From positions 1-23,435 of the forward strand of contig BEHE01000022.1 of the NCBI GenBank assembly GCA_002898395.1: a DNA stretch of 23,435 nucleotides, read 5' to 3'. Positions 16,939-23,435 of the stretch are shown here, piece by piece. The notes under the pieces are model-generated. The model did no database searches. It had not been told where the DNA came from and saw only the letters and a list, made by a program, of their open reading frames with translations. The position numbers and the translations under genes are program-made. Origin of the DNA: Candidatus Calditenuaceae archaeon HR02 (lineage in GTDB: Archaea; Thermoproteota; Nitrososphaeria_A; Caldarchaeales; Calditenuaceae). The stretch's first letter is position 1. Every line of letters begins with the position of its first letter.

Positions 16939-17405
16939 GTTGTTGCACGGCTTGTCCAGGAATCTGGTCATATAATAGGCTTAAGTTTTCTTTGAGAGTT
17001 TGCGGGAGCTGGAAATACCTGATAAAGGCGTTTTTAAAGCATTCGGCAGGAGAGAGTTGTTTACCAGTAGATATGACACGATGGTGGGCTTTAGGCTGAG
17101 AGTGCCCCGTAGTAAGCGCTATCTCTTCAACCGAGAGCTGTTGGCTGGGGAGAGGTTATCCGTGTTGATTGATGGATTGAGGATGTGGCACCATGCCTGT
17201 CCTATAACCCAGAAGAGAGGGTTGATTATTCTCTACCACACACTCACCCAATTGTAGGAGTGGCGAGAAGCTACCGCTCTATTTATGGCGTAAGCTGGGA
17301 TAGGAGGAGTATTGCCCATAATGCGGTAAAAAGCTTAGGAGTAGTCGAGGAAGAGTAGCAGTGAGAAGAAACACATCACGCCAAAAATAGAGGATTCGGA
17401 GCAGG
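16939..17405 (+). pseudogene. Degraded paralog of ORF170 (11433-11945)
   Basis: VVARLVQES..RLKFSLRV.RELEIPDKGVFKA...FTSRYD...GFRLRVPRSKRYL...ELLAGE...CGKKLR...EKKHITPKIEDSE is collinear with ORF170 across several frameshifts. Confidence 0.9.
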
Positions 17406-17432
17406 GTTTAAGGGCTTTCACCTTTTTATCTT

Positions 17433-17735
17433 GTGAGGCTTTTTGGATATGAGTCGAGTGATTGGCCGATTTTCAGACAGTTGACTTGGTCTCACTTGTT
17501 TAAATGCGCCAATCATGATGATTTGGCTGTGAGCCTATGTAGCCTGTATGAGCTTCTCTCTGAGAGGTATGGTCTTCAGCGGTTAGGAATGTCTGTGCAA
17601 GCGACCTTGACAGCGTTTCTATAAGTAGTCGTTGGGTATCATGTGTAGACGAGTTTATAACGATAAGGGAGGGGGTTGAGGAGTTTGTGGGTGATGAGTG
17701 GGGGATTTCTAGAGGTCTAGGTATATTCTCTTGAA
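17433..17735 (+). pseudogene. Possible remnant of an archaeo-eukaryotic primase (PriS/primpol-like) N-terminal region
   Basis: Fragments in shifting frames: WPIFRQL..., AYVACMSFS, EVWSSAVRNVCASDLDS (DxD) and IREGVEEFVGDEWGISRGLGIFS*. The last stops where the SGxxGxH motif would begin. Confidence 0.35.
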
Positions 17736-17858
17736 GCCTATAGAGACCGATAGATTCTACGTCTTTGAGCATCACTATAAGTGTGAGGACTAAAATCCCT
17801 ATACCGGTAGCCATAGATGCTGTCGGAGACTTAGACATGGTTTTTATACAGCGAAATC

Positions 17859-18758
17859 ATGAGCACTGTTGTGCAGGAGCCCCTCGTCTATATCGACGGA
17901 GAATTCTATGCTAAATCAGCGGCGAAGATCTCGGTCTTCGACCACGGCTTCCTATATGGGGATGGCGTCTTCGAGGGGATAAGAGTGTATGACGGAGTCG
18001 TTTTCAAGCTTAGAGAACATGTGGAGAGGCTCTACAGGTCCGCTAAAGCTATCCGGCTCGACATCCCCATGACTGTTGAGGATATGATTGACTCGGTCGT
18101 CAAGACAGTGAGAGTCAATGGTTCTCGCGACGCGTACATCAGGCTGGTTGTCACGAGAGGTGTCGGCGATTTAGGCTTGGATCCGCGAAAGTGCAGTACC
18201 CCCTCGGTAATAATTATTGTTGAACGGCTTGAGCCGATTCTTGGGGCGAAGGCCCGCGAGTCGGGTGTCAAGCTAATAATCAGCTCTACGCGGAGGGACC
18301 CGGTATACGCCACCTCACACGAGATTAAGAGTCTAAACTATCTAAACAGCATCCTAGCTAAGCTGGAGGCTATAGCAGCTGGCGCGGACGATGCAATCAT
18401 GCTTGATTCGCGTGGATTCGTCTCAGAGGCAACCGCAGCCAACATATTCGCCGTTTGGGATGGGACCTTATTCACACCGCCAGTAGCTGCCGGAATTCTG
18501 CCCGGAATAACCCGCGCAGTAGTAATGGAGATAGCGCGAAAAATTGGCATCCCCGTACAGGAGCGTGACATAACTCCTACTGAGCTTCTAACAAGCAGTG
18601 AGGTCTTCTTGACCGGGACTGGCGCCGAGATAGTCCCAGTGGCTATGATAAGTGGAGTTAAGATAGGTAAGACAGTCCCGGGCCCCATCACAAAGAAGAT
18701 AATCGATGAGTTTGACAGGATCAAGTCAGACCCCGCCAATGGTGTTAAAGCACTCTAA
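17859..18758 (+). CDS. ilvE: Branched-chain amino acid aminotransferase (PLP, class IV)
   Basis: ISVFDHGFLYGDGVFEGIRVY, YIRLVVTRG, IKSLNYLNSILAK (PLP lysine), ILPGITR and EVFLTGTGAEIVPV. Confidence 0.95.
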   Translation: MSTVVQEPLVYIDGEFYAKSAAKISVFDHGFLYGDGVFEGIRVYDGVVFKLREHVERLYRSAKAIRLDIPMTVEDMIDSVVKTVRVNGSRDAYIRLVVTRGVGDLGLDPRKCSTPSVIIIVERLEPILGAKARESGVKLIISSTRRDPVYATSHEIKSLNYLNSILAKLEAIAAGADDAIMLDSRGFVSEATAANIFAVWDGTLFTPPVAAGILPGITRAVVMEIARKIGIPVQERDITPTELLTSSEVFLTGTGAEIVPVAMISGVKIGKTVPGPITKKIIDEFDRIKSDPANGVKAL

Positions 18759-18834
18759 AATCAGGATCTAAATAAAAGATGCTGTAGAACATAATTGATG
18801 AGGTTTAGGGCGGGCAGCAACAGAATGGACAGCA

Positions 18835-19062
18835 ACTAGGACAGTGGTAATCCACCCCTCTCACCTCCAAGGGACATCCTACCCGCGCCTTCTTTTATTG
18901 ACTGGTCACAGCATTGGCAGCTTTGCGGACTCCTGCACAGGCATAGATGGTAGCCGCTAGGAGACTTACACACCCTACAGGCAGCGACTAGGCGTCTAAG
19001 AATGCGGGACAAGACCTCTTGATGGAGACCTGTTATCCTCCTAAGCTCATAAACCTGAATCT
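18835..19062 (-). pseudogene. Winged-helix DNA-binding protein remnant
   Basis: Open frame IQVYELRRITGLHQEVLSRILRRLVAACRVCKSPSGYHL... fits the archaeal wHTH pattern LRR..GLHQE.LSR.L.RL.....K...GY. There is no start codon before the first helix. Confidence 0.5.
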
Positions 19063-19241
19063 ACTGTAGGGGTGTCTCAGGAAGATACTGAGAACCATGT
19101 TCTCTCTCCACCCCAAAGAGTCGTCGAAGAAGTATTCAGGAGCCACGAGGCTATAGATTGGCCTGGTGATATTTATTGACTGACCGCCTAGAGGTGGGTG
19201 AGGCTTAGGATTTAAGTCGTGGTACAGGCGTAATAGGCCTC

Positions 19242-19673
19242 ATGGCGGCAGGTATTGCGAGGATTGATATAGTCTTGGCATTGGTCGCCTTTCTCTGCCT
19301 CGGGTTGACAGATTTCATCAGGAGGAAGGGGATGCTTGAGGGAGGTTCGCCCACCGGGTATCTCCTCGTGGAGACGCTTGTCTTATTAGCGTTCCTTCCA
19401 GTGGCCACGCTGCTGCTTGAGGGCGGCATGCCAGAGATGGGCCGCGGGATCATCCCATATGCTCTCATCTCGGGCGTGACCATCTCCATAGCGCTGATAG
19501 CTCTCATGACGGGCCTGCGAATAGGCGAGGGGAGCATCGTCATACCCATCTCGAGGCTTGGCCTAGCACTAGCGGCCTTCCTAAGCCTCTTCCTATTAGG
19601 CGAATCAGTCACTTGGACAAAGATTCTCGGCATAGCGATGGGCGTAGGTGCGGTCATCCTTCTATCCCATTGA
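19242..19673 (+). CDS. EamA/DMT family transporter (single EamA domain)
   Basis: About 5 TM segments; [12 protein letters not shown]....AAFLS.FLLGE..T..KILGI is the EamA signature. Confidence 0.88.
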   Translation: MAAGIARIDIVLALVAFLCLGLTDFIRRKGMLEGGSPTGYLLVETLVLLAFLPVATLLLEGGMPEMGRGIIPYALISGVTISIALIALMTGLRIGEGSIVIPISRLGLALAAFLSLFLLGESVTWTKILGIAMGVGAVILLSH

Positions 19674-19731
19674 CCCCTATCTCCTCTCCCGCGAAAATGA
19701 TTATTTAGAGTCGCTTGACGGTACTAGCTCT

Positions 19732-20223
19732 GTGAGCAGCGTCAAGCTCGAGGTCATAAGGGTGAAGATCCCTGAGGGATGCAATGCGATTCTAGGGATA
19801 ACCCACTTCATAAAGAGTGTTGAGGACATCTACGAGGCGATAGTCAATACTGTCCCTGGAGCAAGGTTCGGACTCGCCTTCAGCGAGGCGAGCGGTCCAT
19901 GCCTGATCAGATACGAGGGAACTGACGAGGAGCTTAAGAGGCTTGCAGCCGAGACTCTCCTCCAAATAGGGTGCGGCCACACCTTCCTAATATTCACTCG
20001 CAACTTTTACCCGATCAATATACTTGGGAGGCTCAAAGATGTTCCCGAGTTATGCACCATACTCTGTGCAACCGCAAACCCGCTACAAGTGATAGTGGCG
20101 GAGACGGATCAGGGGCGTGGGATAATAGGCGTCGTCGATGGTTACAGGCCTAAGGGAATTGAAAGTGAGCAAAACATACGGGAGCGGAGGGAGTTTCTCC
20201 GAAAAATAGGCTACAAGTTCTAA
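19732..20223 (+). CDS. Adenosine-specific kinase family protein (DUF355)
   Basis: [58 protein letters not shown] and R..FLR.IGYK. Likely start is GTG 19732. Confidence 0.9.
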   Translation: MSSVKLEVIRVKIPEGCNAILGITHFIKSVEDIYEAIVNTVPGARFGLAFSEASGPCLIRYEGTDEELKRLAAETLLQIGCGHTFLIFTRNFYPINILGRLKDVPELCTILCATANPLQVIVAETDQGRGIIGVVDGYRPKGIESEQNIRERREFLRKIGYKF

Positions 20224-20279
20224 GCAAGCCAAGCATGGAGCATACTGTAAAGTCCACTGATGTAGCTTGGCGGCCAGGA

Positions 20280-21614
20280 CTATGTGGTGGATTTCGTGAA
20301 GTTCAGATTTCTTACGAGCGCGTAAGGGGCCTTTACTGGAACCTCGACCTCCCACCACTTTATCCAATATTTGTCCGCCGTCATCTCCTCCAAGTTACCC
20401 ATAATCCTCAATATGTTATCACTCAACCTTAAATCTTTTAACGCGGCCTCAATACTTCCATTCTTTATGAGAAATAGGCCGTCTCGTGGGATTGTCGAGA
20501 AATCTCCTGTCCTGAAGTTTCTGTATCTGAGGTACCAGTCATTTGTGACGAAGATTCCCCTATCGACCTTTGATAATAGCTGGTTGAGTGTGGCGTTTCC
20601 CCCCTCTACGACCAGGTTGAAAGGCTCTGGGGATATCCATCCTGCATTGGCCGTGCTTTCTGTCTCGAACTTCTTTGCTGTGGCGCTGTTGTGTAGATAG
20701 GTCTTCAGCTCTCCAGACTCTATTATTGCTTTACGCTTGGTTGGGAGCCCCTCGTCGTCGAAGGCCTCTGAACCATATGCAGCGGGTAGTGTGGGATCGT
20801 CTATGAGTGTGAGGGTTCTAGACGCGACCATCTCTCCGATCTTACCCTCCAAGAATGAGAGTCCTGTGAGAACGCTGTAAGCTGAGGCCGCCCTCCCTAC
20901 CTCTTCTAAAATATTGGCGAAAGTCATGGGGCCGAGTATCGCGTCATACACGCCGGGCTCACCGCTCACTGGGTTTTTTGCCAGCCGCGCAACTTCACCC
21001 GCCATCTCCCCAGTCTTATAGGGGTTAAACTCCTCCCTACTAGCTGTGGCTGTTGAGAACTGCCCACTCGACGCACCGTTTAGAAAGGCTCTAACCGACA
21101 GCTCAATCCTCTCACTGCTGGACTCTGCCTTAACCCCACCTGAGGTATAGAGAGTTCTACGAACTTCACTCACTATGATGGACCCTGCAACCCGAGATGC
21201 ACCGCTGTTCCTAGCCCCTGAAACCGCCTCTCCAACCCATCCAACTATTTCTTCGGGCGGTGGGGCTCTCCTTCCCCGGAATAGAAGCTCCCTATCGTAT
21301 TTGAATGGCCCTCTCGGGAGTGGCGCGTAGACGTCACTCGGCCCAGCCAGTCGGATGGTTTCTGCTAAGCTCGCTATGAGCTTATTTATCTCGGAGATTC
21401 CGCGGACAGAGGTTGAGGCCACTCCCCGCCTCTCACCTATGGCCAGGTAAACAGAGGCCTCGTACTCGTCAAACACCTTCGAAACTGTTATCTCATTATT
21501 TGAGAAGCGGATCATATAGGTGGTCGTGTCAGTCAAGTCAACAGCCGCATCGGTCGCCCCCAGCTTCTTCGCAGTTCTCAGCGCCTCCAAAGCCAGTTGC
21601 CTCGCCCCTACCAT
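20280..21614 (-). CDS. TldD/PmbA family protein, TldE/PmbA-like (no HExxH motif seen)
   Basis: IRFSNNEIT, PGVYDAILGP, LTLIDDPT, FDDEGLPT..K.IIE.G.LKTYLH, STANAG and TGDFS. Confidence 0.88.
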   Translation of the reverse strand: MVGARQLALEALRTAKKLGATDAAVDLTDTTTYMIRFSNNEITVSKVFDEYEASVYLAIGERRGVASTSVRGISEINKLIASLAETIRLAGPSDVYAPLPRGPFKYDRELLFRGRRAPPPEEIVGWVGEAVSGARNSGASRVAGSIIVSEVRRTLYTSGGVKAESSSERIELSVRAFLNGASSGQFSTATASREEFNPYKTGEMAGEVARLAKNPVSGEPGVYDAILGPMTFANILEEVGRAASAYSVLTGLSFLEGKIGEMVASRTLTLIDDPTLPAAYGSEAFDDEGLPTKRKAIIESGELKTYLHNSATAKKFETESTANAGWISPEPFNLVVEGGNATLNQLLSKVDRGIFVTNDWYLRYRNFRTGDFSTIPRDGLFLIKNGSIEAALKDLRLSDNILRIMGNLEEMTADKYWIKWWEVEVPVKAPYALVRNLNFTKSTT

Positions 21615-21724
21615 ACACCCCTAATCTCGGCAGCCCAGATTAAAAAGAATCGCTTCCAGACTGGTTGGCTGGTCGGCGACTGTTTATTTAGTAATGCGGC
21701 AGTCCTAGTCATGGATATAGCGGG

Positions 21725-23335
21725 ATGCTGGAGCAGAGTGACGAAGTTCGGCGGAGACAGGGGGGCTCTGCTGGAGCGGATGTGGTCGCGGTGCTTGAAT
21801 ATCCTGTGAAGAGTGATGGCTTGGTGATTGCTGAGCGGTTGGTGCTAAGTAGTGATGAGCGCCGCGGGCTTGAGGTCTCAGTCGGTGATAGCCGCAGGGA
21901 GATAGTGGCGCCGTTAGGATTCGTGAAGCGTGACATATCCTCCTCGATCCTGGGGGACAGCCTAGCTATAAGGCTTCTAACACCCTTCCAAGTCGTCCAT
22001 GGAGGAGAGATCATTAGGCAGTTGGAGTCCCACTACTTGAAGCGCGTAATCAAGCGTGTAACAGAAACGGTAATCGAGAGCTATGAGCTCGCGGCCGTTA
22101 ACGTGAGGCTACATCCCCTTTACTTCCTGTTAAGGTGGATCAAAGCCAAACTAGCGCTTATGCCGAGTCTGGCCAGGCTCTTCTGGTGGCTTAGCGCCGA
22201 GGAGGGTCTTCGCGAAAAACATCTATCCACAGTAATGACCCGGCTGAAGGCAGCCTTAGATGAGTCGTCTCGAGAGGAGGAGGGAGCCTTACAGAAAGAC
22301 GGGGAATTATACGCCCTAAATCCCTCAAAGGTCATGCGAAGACACCTAGCGGGGGGCAGGCCTAGACTTAAGCTACCATTCAACCCTCAAGCCACCAGAG
22401 TTGTAAGGGAGCCGGCAGTGGCTATCGGGGCGCTGAGGCTGCTGCTCGCTGAGGCCTATCCGAAGGCGCATGTAAGCTTGGCTGAAATGGAGCCGGAGGA
22501 GTGGGCCTTCATTAAGACATTTCACGGCCTCCAACCAATCGCAAGTGATGAGCCGCTGATCGAGGCAATAAAAAAGCACCTCTCGCTTGAGGACGCGGAG
22601 GTTAAGCTTGATAGAAAAGGCTCCATACTAAACTCAACTTATCTCTTACAAATATATGCCGATGGCAGCCTAAAGGAGATTCTGTTTGTGAAGAGATACT
22701 TTTCTTGGACTGATGTTAAATGGGTTGCAGCCAAGCTATGGGCCATGCCTCTCCGGAACTTCTACTTCTCACCGGGGACGAGGATGAGTAACGAGGTCTT
22801 TTTCCTGAGCTATCTAGCCGAGAAGGGACTCCGCGTTCCACGTGTTGTCTACCTCTCTTGGGGTGATAAAGTGCTCGTTGAGAATGCTATTAAAGGATAT
22901 AATCTGACGGAGGCATGGACCAGGGAGCGTGGAAGGATTGGTGACAGCCTGTTAGAGGATATAACGGTGGTTATCGGTAAAATGCTAGCTGAGGTGCATG
23001 AGCAGGATGTTGTGGTGGGAGACTGTAAACCAGACAATTTCATGATTGCGCAGCCTTCATTCGAAACATGGCTAGTGGATTTAGAACAGGCTTCCCTGAA
23101 GGGCAACAAGTCTTGGGATCTCTCCGAGCTGATACTCTATATGGGGCACTATCTCGACCCCGAAGACGCCGAGAGGTATGCATCACTTATTGCTAGAGGT
23201 TATCTTTCGAAGGGTAGGCCTGAGGTTGTGGAAGAAGCGCTGGATAGCAAGTATCAGCTCGCTATGCTTCCTTGGACACCTATCTGGACACAGGTCTGGA
23301 TGGTCAGATCTGTGGAGAGAGAGCTGAGAAGATAG
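21725..23335 (+). CDS. Atypical protein-kinase-like (RIO/Bud32/Kdo-like) C-terminal domain with a large N-terminal region
   Basis: LFVKRY (ATP-binding Lys), NE..FL..L...GLRVP, L.EVHEQDVVVGDCKPDNF (catalytic loop), LVDLEQ and WDL.E. Confidence 0.8.
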   Translation: MLEQSDEVRRRQGGSAGADVVAVLEYPVKSDGLVIAERLVLSSDERRGLEVSVGDSRREIVAPLGFVKRDISSSILGDSLAIRLLTPFQVVHGGEIIRQLESHYLKRVIKRVTETVIESYELAAVNVRLHPLYFLLRWIKAKLALMPSLARLFWWLSAEEGLREKHLSTVMTRLKAALDESSREEEGALQKDGELYALNPSKVMRRHLAGGRPRLKLPFNPQATRVVREPAVAIGALRLLLAEAYPKAHVSLAEMEPEEWAFIKTFHGLQPIASDEPLIEAIKKHLSLEDAEVKLDRKGSILNSTYLLQIYADGSLKEILFVKRYFSWTDVKWVAAKLWAMPLRNFYFSPGTRMSNEVFFLSYLAEKGLRVPRVVYLSWGDKVLVENAIKGYNLTEAWTRERGRIGDSLLEDITVVIGKMLAEVHEQDVVVGDCKPDNFMIAQPSFETWLVDLEQASLKGNKSWDLSELILYMGHYLDPEDAERYASLIARGYLSKGRPEVVEEALDSKYQLAMLPWTPIWTQVWMVRSVERELRR

Positions 23336-23435
23336 GATGGGTCTCTCAACAGTTTCTGAATAGTTAACTTTACATAACGATTTTTACCACTTGTTTATAT
23401 GATGAGTGATAGACTGCTGACGCTCAGTGAAGCAT

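Noticed and set aside
18806-18895. Minus-strand Cys-rich frame GCPLEVRGVDYHCPSCCPFCCCPP suggesting a metallothionein
   Set aside because: It needs a frameshift to join the upstream frame and is probably an out-of-frame reading of Leu/Val-rich codons (LLSILLLPAL in another frame).
934-23109. Many antisense or overlapping ORFs in the track (e.g. 934-1167, 1441-1785, 4347-4646, 13639-13926, 18338-18739, 19205-19657, 20371-20700, 22849-23109)
   Set aside because: They are shadow frames of well-supported genes and have no motifs of their own.

Overview
Archaeal DNA: Alba, a TFIIB-type zinc ribbon, an XPB-type helicase, TATA-like promoters and heavy AGG/ATA codon use suggest a thermophilic TACK lineage, possibly Aigarchaeota-like (inference only). 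Bases ~1-11950 look like a decaying integrated mobile element or provirus. It carries a highly symmetric non-coding locus (481-666), an RHH-Alba unit with a start-less winged-helix frame, an in-frame fusion of a TFB zinc ribbon to the 3' part of a class II ribonucleotide reductase, an AT-rich C2H2-finger SNF2 helicase, a broken XPB/Rad25 helicase and several small Zn-finger ORFans. The right half has intact housekeeping-type genes: HAD nucleotidase, a lone NuoM/MrpD-type subunit, ilvE, EamA, adenosine-specific kinase family, TldE/PmbA and a kinase-like protein. Degraded copies of two element genes lie between them: ORF105 at ~14540-14874 and ORF170 at ~16939-17405, plus a possible 5' stub at 19072. 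The first two copies bracket different cargo, a secreted glutamic-peptidase-like protein and a membrane partner. No rRNA, tRNA, CRISPR array or integrase was seen. All family assignments come from motif recognition by eye, not database searches.
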